Below the pieces are notes generated by a model. The model saw nothing but the letters and a program-made list of their open reading frames with translations. It was not told where the DNA came from and ran no database searches. A stretch of 64,000 nucleotides of DNA, from assembly GCF_964204645.1 (NCBI RefSeq), contig NC_134034.1:2790072-2854071 (forward strand). Direction: 5' to 3'. This document shows, piece after piece, positions 1 through 12,174 of this stretch. The translations under genes and the position numbers were made by a program. Each line of letters begins with the position of its first letter. Positions within the stretch are counted from its first letter, which is position 1. Origin of the DNA: Tubulanus polymorphus (lineage: Eukaryota > Animalia > Nemertea).

Positions 1-47
1 CGACGTATTGTGTTTGACCACTATCTCGGGCTAGACAAAAGCTACCT

Positions 48-129
48 ATATAAAAATACTAGACAGACAGAACTAACCGCATTCGGTGAAATTCTCTCCG
101 GAACGAAGAGACTCAATTCTCAAGTAAGT
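48..129 (+). promoter_or_regulatory. TATA box and non-coding first exon of the knottin gene
   Basis: TATATAAAAA at ~48-57; strong donor CAA|GTAAGT at 124; intron 124-793. Confidence 0.6.
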
Positions 130-280
130 TACCGAGTTGTGACTCGGTTTTTTCTTTTAAATTTTTTGAATTTTTATCTAATGTCTAGCCATGTATATAA
201 GTGTCGTTATTCCGCCCGATGTCATTTTACACTTATTTTCGGAAATTCTTTTCTGATCCGAAATGGAGAAATAAATAAAG

Positions 281-378
281 ATTATTATTATTATTATCAT
301 TATCATTATTATTATTATTGTTGTTATTGTCACTATCATTTTTATTATTATCATTATTACTATTATTATTATCATTAT
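281..378. repeat. (TTA/TCA)n degenerate microsatellite
   Basis: Run of ATT-type triplets inside the knottin intron. Confidence 0.9.
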
Positions 379-796
379 GGCCGATTATCACGAATGCCCA
401 ACGCAGACGACACAAGCGCAGACACGAGCGTGAAATTCCTGGTGTCGAGAAACGAGATATGTTTTCGGGAAACGATTATGCCGTGTTTCTCGTGTTTCTT
501 TGTTTCACTGCACCGTGTGCTGCGTTTTTAAGAGAAGCGATGTTTTCTAGATAAAACTTGTTCGAATTAGTTATCGTTTCTCGTGTTTCTCTGTTGAATC
601 GTGTGCGTTTACGAGACACAATTGTTCCTAGATTCAACGTGTTCGATTCAGCCTTTCTCGTGTTTTTATGTTTCCCCTCGTCGTGTGCGTGATAATCGAA
701 GATACATTCCACATTTTCAATATCGTCGATTTAAAGATACGTTCTTATCTATATTCTAACCATGTTCTTATATTTCTATCTATACCTTTTTAGAAC

Positions 797-1147
797 ATGA
801 ATGTATTTGCGGTAAGTTGCTGTCTGTTGGTGTTGGCAGTATCCAACGCTGCTGCCTCCCCTTACGAGCGAGGTATGTCTGCGGAGGCGCCGAAATGCAA
901 GGAAATGAATGACCCGTGCGACTCTGACGACGAATGCTGCAAAGACGGCAAGAAGATGATCTGCAGGTCGCCTCGTGGCGGTCGACTTGTCTGCATGATA
1001 CCCTGTGCGGGATATTACCAACCATGCGTTTCAGTTGAGGATTGCTGTCCAATAATATCTCCTAGATTTGAAATGAAGTGTGCAAAAGCTCCCAAAACTC
1101 TTGGCTACAAGTGGATGAATGTCTGCGTACCCAAAAAGCGTGCGTAG
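797..1147 (+). CDS. Secreted cysteine-rich peptide precursor with two tandem inhibitor-cystine-knot (knottin) domains, toxin-like
   Basis: Hydrophobic signal peptide MNVFAVSCCLLVLAVSNAAAS, then C-x6-C-x5-CC-x7-C-x9-C and C-x6-C-x5-CC-x10-C-x14-C. Upstream are a TATA box (~48), a donor GTAAGT at 124 and an acceptor TTTTTAG ending at 793 just before the ATG. AATAAA occurs at ~1281-1291. Confidence 0.85.
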   Translation: MNVFAVSCCLLVLAVSNAAASPYERGMSAEAPKCKEMNDPCDSDDECCKDGKKMICRSPRGGRLVCMIPCAGYYQPCVSVEDCCPIISPRFEMKCAKAPKTLGYKWMNVCVPKKRA

Positions 1148-1285
1148 TGCAAGGAAATCGATGAACCGTGCCAATCGACCGCCGACTGTTGCAGGGAAGA
1201 AGGCGATGGAGAAAACCCAATCTGTCAGCTCCATCGAGGACGGAAAGTCTGCCAGATGCCCAAAACCGCCTGCGCCAGAAAATAA
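1148..1285 (+). other. In-frame third knottin domain downstream of the TAG stop (premature stop or readthrough extension)
   Basis: The same frame after TAG 1145-1147 reads CKEIDEPCQSTADCCREEGDGENPICQLHRGRKVCQMPKTACARK*, paralogous to domain 1 (CKEMNDPCDSDDECC). Confidence 0.85.
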
Positions 1286-1374
1286 AATAAAAGATGTTTT
1301 ATTTAACGTTCTCTTTGCTTTGGATTTAAAATTTCTCGATGCGGATTGGATTCGTTAAAAGGTATTTTTACTGA

Positions 1375-1987
1375 AGGGTACAGACAGCAGATTGTCTGAG
1401 AGGGTACAGGGTATAGACAGCAGATTGTCTAAATTGGTGTTTTAAGGGGACAGACAGCAGATTGTCTAAATTGGTGTTTTAAGGGGACAGACAGCAGATT
1501 GGGGGATACAGGGTATAGACAGCAGATTGTCTGAGGGGTACAGGGTACAGACAGCAGATTGTCTAAATTGGTGAAGGGTACAGACAGCAGATTGTCTGAG
1601 AGGGTAGAGAGTACAGACAGCAGATTGTCTAAGGGGTCACACGGTACAGACAGCAGATTGTCTGAGAGTTGCAGGATACAGACAGTAGATTGTCTGAGAG
1701 GGTAGAGAGTACAGACAGCAGATTGTCTAAATTGGTGAAGGGTACAGACAGCAGATTGTCTGAGAGGGTAGAGAGTACAGACAGCAGATTGTCTAAGGGG
1801 TCACACGGTACAGACAGCAGATTGTCTGAGAGTTGCAGGATACAGACAGTAGATTGTCTGAGAGGGTAGAGAGTACAGACAGCATATTGTCTAAGGGGTG
1901 CAGGGTACAGACAGCAGATTGTCTAAGGGGTCACACGGTACAGACAGCAGATTGTCTTGAGGGGATGCAGGGTACAGACAGCAGAAT
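1375..1987. repeat. ~33-bp minisatellite (core ACAGACAGCAGATTGTCT) with a ~164-bp higher-order period
   Basis: The core is repeated throughout; blocks starting at 1669 and 1833 begin identically. Confidence 0.95.
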
Positions 1988-3206
1988 TCTGTGGTACGCG
2001 AGGATGTCAATACAACGATAACCAGCCCAAGAGAAAGAAAACCGACAACAACACACTTTCTTCACTAAGACGACACGTTTGTACTTTTTATTCTGATTCT
2101 ACACAAATTTCGTTCATTTCAATAAATAATAATAATAATAATAATGATAATAATAATTTCAACTAATTACCATCATCGGTATTCGATAATTAATCACTAC
2201 GACTAATTACTCCTTAATCAATAATACTGTCACTGTTTAAAAAAATCGTCCACACGACAAAAACAAACACACGATTTTTTTCTGAATTTCTACGACGATT
2301 TTCTGCGATATATCGAAACAAAGAGCGAGAAAAAAAATTACGACTTTTTTTCTGGATACTTCTCTTACCGAAGAAAAAAAATGTCGACTCGGTAAAAAAA
2401 GACGTTTTAATTCTCGAAAACGACACAATGGAAGACAAAGAAGACGAATCAATGAATAAATATGACAATAATAATGATAGAAATGCTCCGACATATTCGG
2501 TGGGTTTATAATCCGAGTATAGCCTCTGAGACTGAATCAAACACCAACCTCCCCCACCCCCTACCCCACGCCCTTTATATACCGTCATTTGTGCGACAAC
2601 TATTTATATCCCCGAACATGATAAAAAAACATTACTGGAATTTGAGCGGACTAGTGGTCTAGTGTTTAAGCGTACAAGGGGACGATTTTAGGGTCTGATT
2701 CGCGTAGGGGCGCACACCGCAAATAGGGCAAATAAAAGGCTTCCCCGAAAGAAGCCTAGTCGGAAAAAATAACATTATCGGAACCGCAGAGAGAAATTTA
2801 TGGATGCAAAGTGTTTAAGAATCTGTTGAATGTGTCACAGTTTGCCGTACAATTTCTGGGTTAAACTCGGTATTTTAGAGTGCACGCGCCCCCTGCATCA
2901 ACCCTTAGATCCGCCCCTGATGGCGTCCACAATTTAGAAATCAACACAACTTAGAAATCCGGGAGCCAGTTGCACAGTTACGGCTTTTTTTTAATACCAT
3001 CTTAGTTCTAACAATGTTAGACCTGTGTTATGAATCGAGGTAACGTTTCCGACTGAAGAAACGACTGTACTACAACTGCCCCCGCACACCATTTCAAAGG
3101 TTCTTGGTGAACCAAGAGTATTCGAGGTTAATTGTCTGACTATACAGTCAAATCTTAAATTGTGGAACTCGATTGTGATTTAATTAGTTTTTTGCAGCGT
3201 CCAGGC

Positions 3207-3472
3207 CTCTCAGCAGGGATTCGAGCCTGATGACATCATGAGACTCTGTCACAGTACAAACCCCTGTCCTAGTAGGCACATCCTCCCTCAGCAGGGATTT
3301 GAGCCTGATGACATCATGAGACTCTGTCACAGTACAAACCCCTGCCCCTAGTAGACACATCCTCCCTTAGCAGGGATTTGAACCTGATGACATCATGAGA
3401 CTCTATCACAGTACAAACCCCTGCCCTAGTAGACACATCCTCCCTCAGCAGGGATTTGAACCTGATGACATC
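3207..3472 (+). repeat. ~78-bp tandem repeat (CAGGGATTTGAGCCTGATGACATCATGAGACTCTGTCACAGTACAAACCCCTG...)
   Basis: About 3.5 copies; the same family is inverted at 12175-12590. Confidence 0.95.
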
Positions 3473-6400
3473 GGAAGACCCTTTCCAGAGATGTCTCTGA
3501 CCTGGCGATGATGTGTACTAGAACATGGGGATTCGTACAGGCATGAAGTCTCTTGTTGCCATCAAATTCGATGCCTACAGAGCGTGCGGAAAAAAAGTGC
3601 ATGCGTAAAAAAAATATCCAGATAATTCGAACAACAACAACAACAAGCGCAAAACAAACAAAACAATTATAAGGAATGCGTAAGAAGTTTACAAATGGAA
3701 TGTTTCGAAAAAAAAAACTGGCACGTTCTTCTTAGTATAAGAATAGTTGTAGCTGGAATCAAAAATGTGAAGACTGGTCGAATATGCTCTGTTGGTTAGG
3801 GTTGAAAAGCATGATACCTTGTTTCTTGTTTCTGCTGAATTTAAAAGTTGACCCGGCCGTCCGCCTATCTCTACCCTGTACGTTACTTTTAAAAATCATG
3901 ATCAAGCTAACAATAACAGACCCGGCAGTTATAGAAATGAACTGATTACAAATTTTATTGCATTTTGCGAAATGACCCGGCCGATTATGAAAAACAAGGT
4001 ATCATTTTCTACCCTAACTTGATATATTAGAAATTAGGAGCTTTCGCTATTAGTGAATACAGTAGCTTTATCGGGTAAAATGACGTCCCTCATTCGCTTA
4101 AAACCCTTTCAGTGCTGACAAATCAATACCCTTTAGTGCTGGAGATAATTTGAAAATTTTGAAAAATTCCGCCCTAGTGTGTTGAATAAGGGGAATACCA
4201 CTATAGTGCATCTACACCGCGGTGCAGTGTATCGTTAGCTACTAGTATTTCACTATGTTTGACAGGCGCTGCCATCTTTCAATAGAGATAATTACTAATT
4301 ACTAATTACACCAGGAAATCTGGAAATCTGTTTATTTGTACCAAATATGAAAGTAATCGATATCGCCCTGATATTTGGTAAGAGATTCTAGGTTGGACAT
4401 AAAAACCGATAAATTGATATATACCCCAGCACATTATAACGAGGTTCCGCTGTATAAATCTAAACTGGTCGACCAAACGAAAAGCTTTTTTGTGAAATAG
4501 GGCCTTCGTTGAAGTCCACCCTATGGGCTAGGCTTCACGAAAACGATTTAGACACCGTAAAATTGCTGCTACATCGGGATACGTATTCGATCGCTCGACA
4601 ATTCACCTAAACGTTTAACGCTCTCAATTTTGTGGTAAAAAAAAACTTTCGTCAGAAAAAATTTTTTTTCAACCCAAATTCCTGGCCCGACGCGTTGGAC
4701 TGAAAGCGCAAAATTACATCCATTCTAATAATTACATATTAATATTTATACAAATATTTATCTTTATGTACACCGCGGTCGCTGATATGCATGCGGTATT
4801 GACTCGCGTTATTTCGTCATTCGCGTAACGAATTAAGTAGTTTTCGTCGTAATTGAATTTAACCTAAGTCAGTCGAATCGAAGTCACCGCGACTCCGATT
4901 TTGACTCGAGCGCAGGAGTCGATCGTCGCGTGGAGTCATCAATGACTGACGAAATAACGTACGGCAACGCCCGAAAAAAAACTACGTAGAAAAAAATATG
5001 GCACAATTAATTCGATACGATGATAAATTAAGTACGATGAATTTTTAACATTTAATTTCTCCGATGTAAATACGATCGATATCCTTCGACTATCTATTCG
5101 GATCACTATAGTTAGGGAATACCCTGCTCGTTATTAGCACATTACCCATATTCGGTCCCGAACTCGGGCTAGAATTTTACCAATTTTGATTAACACGTGA
5201 CATATATATATTCATAGTATAGATTTCTATCAAAAACAAAAATTCTATTGCACAAACATCGTATCTTATCGCTTTACGTAAGACTACACTCGCCTCAGAC
5301 CTCGCTAGGCTGACAAATAATTGATAACTTGTTTCCTTATATCAGCCGAGCTAAAAAGTTGACCCCTGTACATAACGTGTATATTGGGCATACTGCTTTC
5401 GTTCATCTACACCCCAGTGCGGTGTATAATCAATATTTCACTATTATTGACAGGTGCTGTCAATAGAGATAAGCCCATCCCTGATTTATACCCCGCACTG
5501 CGGTGTAGATGGATGCATTGAAACATTTAGCTCGTTCGAGTTTAAAGCAAAATTGGAACTGGCTCACCCACACGGGGCTGGGCTCTGATACAAAGCCTAT
5601 TGCACTTCAAATGCGAGAAATAAATCGTCATTACGAATAAAAACATAATGATTATTGCACAGGTACGAAGAGACTAAAAAATAAAATTTTCGCGCGTTTT
5701 CACGAGACAGGACACGACGCAAAAAACGAGTCATCCGAATATTTTCGTAGGTCGCTTATCGTCACAACACGATAACGAATCTACCTCGGTTCTCAAAAAC
5801 ACTCTATCAATTACAAAATCTAATCGACTATTACGATTTAATTACGACTAATTACTAGCACGGCTACCGCAAATTACGACGAATAAGGAAGCACGAAATT
5901 GCACAGATATTTTACCGACATATCATATATCATATATCATATAGCGTATATCATTATCATAATTACATATAAATAGCTTGCGTTATATCATGTATAGGTA
6001 ACATCATTTTAAAAATAGCTTGAGAAGGAAACATTTTCGATTTTCAGCTATCAATCTGCAGCCTGGACCCTGCATCCTCTCAGACATTAGTCGTTTTATT
6101 AGAACACTTTCAAAAGCCGATCGTCCACACTTCAAATGTGTTCAGAACTTCACCTGAGATATTTCAAATTGAAAATGAACCACAAACACCGGAGATTAGA
6201 CATTTTATCAGTACACTTTCAGAAACTGATCGTCCACACTTCACATGTGTTCAGTGCTTCACCTGAGACATTTCAAATGAAAACCTGCAATATTTTCAAT
6301 TGAAAATAAGCCACAAACACAAGATATTAGATATTTCATCGGCACATTTTCTAAAGCTGAACGTCCGCACTTCACATCAAATGCACAATTCCGAAACGCC

Positions 6401-7502
6401 GAATGTGTTAGAGGGGATCCAGTTTGCAGATTAAATACCCGCGATTACTTCAAGAGACGATTGCAGACTTTGCCCGAATTGTAATTCGCGCGATATACGA
6501 ATAACGATATAATCGCTGAATTATCGACAAAACGACGAAATATCACAACATTGAGTATTATAATATAAAAAACGAACAGGTTTTGTTGATTGCGCAGTAT
6601 TTCTACCAGAGATCATTATCAACGCGTTATAATTACTCGAACAAAAATTAATCGTTCATTTCGCTCGAAAAGCTCGACGATAAATACGCTAAATTCACCG
6701 CATCGGCGTCTAGCTTAAGTCGTCGGGTTCTCGGACCTCGCTTGCCGCGAAAGCAGTTTTTCTAAATGCAAAACACGATTTTCTAATCAGCGTTGATAAA
6801 TCGCTAATCAACCCTTTCAGTGCCGAATAATTAATACCTGAATATGCCGAGGATACTTTGAAAATCTTACAGAATTTCACCCCAGTGTGTTGAATAACCG
6901 GCTGACCGCTTTAGTGCATCTACACCACGGCGCGGTGTATCGTTAGTTAATTATATCATTTCACTAGTAAGACAGATGCCGCCATCTTTCAATGGAATTC
7001 AAAAATCATTAAATAAATAACAACATTAGTTCACCGTGATGTAGTGTACTAGTACTAGCTAAGTCAATCACCGATTCATACATCGCATTGCAGTGTAAAG
7101 GCAACCGAAAGGGTTAATGAATGTCATGTTTAAATGATTGATCAGGTGGGTAGGTTTACGGTTTAAAAGGTGGGTTGAAAAAATCGCGAATCGCTTTGCG
7201 ATCGTCTGCCCCTCCCCCTCCCCCTCGTTCTGCCCCGACACACGGCGATCATCAATGGAATGAAATGAAGAGATTCTTAAAGGAATGAACAAACGACCAA
7301 TCGAACGATTGGTCTGAAGTATCAGATTGCTGATTGGTTGATGACTACAGTTCGAGCGCGATGATTGGCTGAAATTTCAGCATACTGATTGGCTGGTGTC
7401 CCGGGCCAGAACTCTCAAAGTACTTCGATTGGCTGATTTAGAAATACGTGCCGATTGGCTCGTGTTCAAAGCCGTTACCAATATTGACCAATTTCAAAAA
7501 TA

Positions 7503-8213
7503 CAGTAGAACTCACTTAATTCGTATTTTTCAAACCGAATTTTCAGTTAATTCCGATGAAATATGGTCCATTTAACCTGGAACCGTGTAAACTATAATTC
7601 ATAATTCAGATTTACTTAATTCGAAGGTACCTGGAACTGTGTAAACTATAATTCATAATTCAGATTTACTTAATTCGAAGGTACCTGGAACCGTGTAAAC
7701 TATAATTCATAATTCAGATTTACTTAATTCGAAGGAATCTGGAACCGTGTAAACTATAATTCATAATTCAGATTTACTTAATTCGAAGGTACCTGGAACC
7801 GTGTAAACTATAATTCATAATTCAGATTTACTTAATTCGAAGGAATCTGGAACCGTGTAAACTATAATTCATAATTCAGATTTACTTAATTCGAAGGTAC
7901 CTGGAACCGTGTAAACTATAATTCATAATTCAGATTTACTTAATTCGAAGGTACCTGGAACCGTGTAAACTATAATTCATAATTCAGATTTACTTAATTC
8001 GAAGGTACCTGGAACCGTGTAAACTATAATTCATAATTCAGATTTACTTAATTCGAAGGTACCTGGAACCGTGTAAACTATAATTCATAATTCAGATTTA
8101 CTTGATTCGAAGGTACCTGGAACCGTGTAAACTATAATTCATAATTCAGATTTACTTGATTCGAAGGAATCTGGGTGCAGTCCGTAGTCATCTGAATTGA
8201 GTGAGTTCTACTG
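7503..8213. mobile_element. Tc1/mariner/pogo-type MITE with TA target duplication containing a 54-bp tandem array
   Basis: TA|CAGTAGAACTCACTTAATTC ... GAATTGAGTGAGTTCTACTG|TA terminal inverted repeats; about 11 internal copies of GAACCGTGTAAACTATAATTCATAATTCAGATTTACTTAATTCGAAGGTACCTG. Confidence 0.85.
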
Positions 8214-8387
8214 TACCAGCATACTGATTCACAATTGTGAATTCGATTTAACTCTAATTAGTCATGATTAGTACATTTTCTTAACTCAGAACTAGATCCT
8301 GAGGATTAATCAGCCGACGATAGGAATACGCTTTAAATTTTCGAGAAATACCTCACCGCAAAAAAAGTTTTTTTTCGACATATTTTC

Positions 8388-11300
8388 TCACTTATTTTTG
8401 GCGAGCACGGCTTGCCGCGCGTGGCTGCGAATGTGTTCATTGAGCGAGCCTTTTTGCGTGAACGTTTTCTTACACAAACCGCACGCGTACGGCCGTTCTT
8501 TCGTGTGCGTGCGCATGTGAATCGGCAGGTAACGCCGATTCGCCAGTTGCAGGCCGCACACGTCGCACCGAGCGGTCTTGCGTCGCGACGGGTCGCCGCG
8601 TCGGTGCCACTTGACGTGCGCGCGCAACTGCGCCAGGTCGGTCGCCGCGCGTTCACAAATCGGGCATTTCAAACTGTGACTTTTCAAATGCGCGACTAAA
8701 TCGAGATTCTTCGGGCAGACCGTCGCGCAAATCGGACACGCGTACATTCGCGAATCCGACGACGAATCGGTGTCTCGCGAATCGTCGTTTTTCGTCGCCG
8801 TCAAGTTATTGTTATTCTCGGTCGAAGTTCCGTCTTCAAACGGTTCCCGATCGTTTTCTTCGACCGTCGCCAACGTATCTTCACATTCGCCGTTGTCATA
8901 CATTTCTGAATCCGCCGTCTGCTGCTCGTCCGTCGATTCAGATTTTACCGAAACGTCGCGAATCGACTCAATCCGCAGCTCTTTCGATTCGTTCTCCGAA
9001 TCTCCTACGTAAAGCGGCTCGGCTTTGATCTCGATGGGCGGCTCCGCGACCGCGTCATTCTCCGTCGCCATTTTCTCTTCCGTTTTGACGTCGACGACTT
9101 CCTCGACCGCCGTCGTGGAATCCGCCGCCGAACTTTCGATTTCGATTCCGACGGCGATATTCTCCGATTCCGCCGCCGGCCCACCGATTCCGATTTCGAC
9201 GACGCTGCTACTCTCGCTGTCCGCGTTCACCGATTCGTTCGTCAAAATCGAATCGCGAATTTTCGATTTCCGACGAAAACGTCGCGAATACTTATTTACA
9301 TCATCTTCATCTTCATCGGAATCATCTTCACTTTCATCATCATCATTCATTCCTTTTCCATTCTCATCATCATCGTCGTCGACATCATCGCGACCGTTGC
9401 AGAGGTCACGGCCGGTCACGCCGAAATCGACCTCCTCGTCTTCGAAACTATCCATGCGTGCATTCGCGATTCGAAACGCTGGCGATTGCGACTTGCGTCT
9501 GCCGACTTTCGACGTGCCGGTGGCGCCGCCGCTGAGTAATTTCGGAACTTTTAGAATGTACGGCGTCTGCTCGACGACCGCCGCGTTTTGCGACAGTCTC
9601 TCGATCAGTGAGCCGAGTTTTCGTTTTTTCGTCTGCTCGGCGTCCGTCTGCTCCGAAGTCGCCTGCTCCGAGGTCGCGCGCGTTATTCCCGAACGCGTGA
9701 CGACGAACTCGCAGCTGCTGATGTCGCTTTCATCGTCGTTACCCACGTTCTCCTCGTCCTCATCGTCGTCGTCGGATTCGATGATCATCACGCTGCTGCC
9801 GTTCTCGCTGCTGCTCGCCGTCGACAGCCGCATCGGCCGCGCTTGTTTACGCGAGTTACGCGACCGCGTCGAACCGACCGACGCGCGACGCTCGACCGAC
9901 GGCGCCCCCTGCTGGCGTATCTCATCGAAATACGCGCCGATGCCCTCGGCGACGTAGCCCGGTTCGATGCCCGCGATGAACCGGTCGTCGTCGCCCATCA
10001 ATTTATTCTTGAACACCGCGTCCTCGACGCTGCAGTTCATCGTCGCCATCCACTGCGCGATCTTCGAGGGCGGCTCCGACAATTTCGCGGCGGTCTCCGT
10101 GTGGCTGTTATAGTGCTTGCTCAGACTGCGCTTCGACGCGAACTGAACGTTGCAGACGCCGCAGAAGAACGCACCCGTCGACTTGTGACAGTTCAAATGC
10201 GAGTTCAACGTGCCCTTCTGTGTGAACCGGTCGCCGCAGGTCGTGCACACGTACGGCCGCTCCTTCGTGTGAATGCGTATGTGCTTCGTGAGGTAGTCCC
10301 GACGCGCGAACACTTTACCGCAATACGGACACGCGTGCGTGCGCTTGTACCGCCCGGAACGCGGTCGACCGGTCGACCGGTTCGCAACGGCAGACGACGC
10401 GGTCGCGGTCGTCTGCTCGTCCTCGCGTATCGAACGGTGGCCGAGGATCCGCGCGATGCTCGGATTCAGGGAAGACAAAACTCCGTCCGGCGTCGCCGCC
10501 GCGCGCGTCAGCTTCGTCGCGTCGTCGACCATATCGATTTCGAATCTATCGACCGGCGACTCGTCGTCGACCTGCATGTCGTCGTCGACCGGTTCGGCTT
10601 TGATCATGATGCAGTCGTCCGAATCGGCGAAACTCTTTTTCTCGTCGGCCTCGATTACGATTTCGTTGGCATCGCTCTCACTCGATGCGGCCGAATCGGA
10701 GTCGGCGACCGTCGACCGTCCGCCGTCGGTGCTCGACAGATCGGGCATCGCGACCACCGGCAACTTCATCGACGACTCGACCTTGGCGGCGACCTCCTCG
10801 CTATCGGTGACCGCCGACGATTCGTCGTCTTGACTACTAGCGCCGCCGCCGTTACGGTCATCCGTCTGCTGTCTGACGCGCTGTTGCAGCTGTTTCAACC
10901 GTTTGATCACGTGGTGACTAGCCGGCTGGTGCTGCGCGCCGCCGCGCGACATTTTCCACAAACCGCGGCAGTTGAAATTGACGTGCGCGTTCAGACTGCC
11001 CTTCTGCGTGAACCGCTGCCCGCATCGGTCGCACACGTACGGCTTCTCTTTCGTGTGTATGCGTATGTGCTTCGTCAGATAGTCCTTGCGCACGCAGATC
11101 TTACCGCAGTACGGGCAGACGTGGTCCTTTTTGCAGCGTCTACGCCGCGCCGACGAGCCGCTGGTCTCCGACGCGCGATTCTCCGTCCGACCGCTAGACG
11201 GCGTCACCACGACCGGTAATTCGGTTTTGATTTGAATCAACGGAACGGTCGCCGCGGCCGCGGCGGGCGATGATGAGGTATTATTTTGTTGGAATAGTTG

Positions 11301-11861
11301 CTGTATCAGGTTCTGTTGTTGCTGGTTCGTGTTGATCGCCTGTTGAAGGCTCACCGCTGTCAACAACTGGTTGAAAAGCGTCAGAATATTCTGCTGATTT
11401 CCGACCGCAGCCTGCTGCTGCTGTTGCTGCGACAGCGCCATCGCGAGGGCGTTCGAAGTACTATTCGAAGCGGTTAAAATCTGCGGAGCATTCGAGTTCG
11501 CGGCGCCCCCTACGCCGCTCGGAAGCGAACTCAACAAACTCGATAAATTAGTCGCATTCAACTGCGCACCGTTCGGTAGCAACCACGGCGATACGTCTCC
11601 AGACGGCGCCACTTGCGCGAGTAACAACTTCTGAGGATCCGTCTGCTGCTGTACGGTCGCTGACGGCGACAACAACAGGCCGTTCGTCTGCGGATTCGCG
11701 ATTAGGATCGGTTTCGTCGCCATGACAATGCCGCCGCTGCCGTCGTCGTTCGGCTCGGTTTTGATGGTGCCGTCCATGTTTAGTTGCATGCAAGCGACCG
11801 TAGAGGGCAGCAGTAGGTTCTGCGTGGACTTCGGTACCGTTTCGGCGGCCATGTTTTTCAT
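8388..11861 (-). CDS. C2H2 zinc-finger transcription factor (1157 aa) with three separated finger clusters, Q-rich N-terminus and acidic tracts
   Basis: Multiple Cx2C..Hx3H fingers with HTKE(K/R)PY linkers (CPYCGK...HIRIH, FTQKGSLN); uninterrupted long ORF. Confidence 0.93.
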   Translation of the reverse strand: MKNMAAETVPKSTQNLLLPSTVACMQLNMDGTIKTEPNDDGSGGIVMATKPILIANPQTNGLLLSPSATVQQQTDPQKLLLAQVAPSGDVSPWLLPNGAQLNATNLSSLLSSLPSGVGGAANSNAPQILTASNSTSNALAMALSQQQQQQAAVGNQQNILTLFNQLLTAVSLQQAINTNQQQQNLIQQLFQQNNTSSSPAAAAATVPLIQIKTELPVVVTPSSGRTENRASETSGSSARRRRCKKDHVCPYCGKICVRKDYLTKHIRIHTKEKPYVCDRCGQRFTQKGSLNAHVNFNCRGLWKMSRGGAQHQPASHHVIKRLKQLQQRVRQQTDDRNGGGASSQDDESSAVTDSEEVAAKVESSMKLPVVAMPDLSSTDGGRSTVADSDSAASSESDANEIVIEADEKKSFADSDDCIMIKAEPVDDDMQVDDESPVDRFEIDMVDDATKLTRAAATPDGVLSSLNPSIARILGHRSIREDEQTTATASSAVANRSTGRPRSGRYKRTHACPYCGKVFARRDYLTKHIRIHTKERPYVCTTCGDRFTQKGTLNSHLNCHKSTGAFFCGVCNVQFASKRSLSKHYNSHTETAAKLSEPPSKIAQWMATMNCSVEDAVFKNKLMGDDDRFIAGIEPGYVAEGIGAYFDEIRQQGAPSVERRASVGSTRSRNSRKQARPMRLSTASSSENGSSVMIIESDDDDEDEENVGNDDESDISSCEFVVTRSGITRATSEQATSEQTDAEQTKKRKLGSLIERLSQNAAVVEQTPYILKVPKLLSGGATGTSKVGRRKSQSPAFRIANARMDSFEDEEVDFGVTGRDLCNGRDDVDDDDDENGKGMNDDDESEDDSDEDEDDVNKYSRRFRRKSKIRDSILTNESVNADSESSSVVEIGIGGPAAESENIAVGIEIESSAADSTTAVEEVVDVKTEEKMATENDAVAEPPIEIKAEPLYVGDSENESKELRIESIRDVSVKSESTDEQQTADSEMYDNGECEDTLATVEENDREPFEDGTSTENNNNLTATKNDDSRDTDSSSDSRMYACPICATVCPKNLDLVAHLKSHSLKCPICERAATDLAQLRAHVKWHRRGDPSRRKTARCDVCGLQLANRRYLPIHMRTHTKERPYACGLCKKTFTQKGSLNEHIRSHARQAVLAKNK

Positions 11862-12174
11862 AGATAGTTGTAGAAATAAATCGATTTTTTCTTCTCAACG
11901 CAAAAAAACTATTGCACATTGACAGATGAGACAGATTCGAGGAGAAATATTGCACTTTTAGTTTTTGACTAGTTCGCTAGATGGCAGCACGTGTTTAACG
12001 GTTGTTACGTCATTAAAGCGTTTGGGGACGATTTGTGGAAGTCAAACGGAATTCAATGTGGAAGAGCATTTGATCGGTTGAATCACAGACACGTCTGCTC
12101 AAACCATTGGAAGAATCTGTAAAAGAATTCAACAAATTAAGCCTACTTTCATATTTCAGGAAATAACATCTGAG

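Noticed and set aside
10-554. ORFs with poly-Y, poly-I, poly-N or poly-L runs
   Set aside because: Translations of an intronic ATT microsatellite.
1145-1147. Selenocysteine or pyrrolysine recoding of the knottin stop
   Set aside because: The codon is TAG (not TGA), aligns with Lys rather than Cys, and no SECIS was recognised; pyrrolysine is not used in animals.
1375-1987. CRISPR-like appearance (conserved partly palindromic core with variable linkers); also 62125-62487 and 7575-8170
   Set aside because: Linkers are short, related and recur in higher-order units; no cas genes; eukaryotic context. These are minisatellites.
8412-11219. Long plus-strand ORFs (310 aa, 458 aa and others) opposite the zinc-finger gene
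   Set aside because: Antisense shadow ORFs from GC/CG-rich codon usage; low-complexity Ser/Arg/Val translations with no domain.
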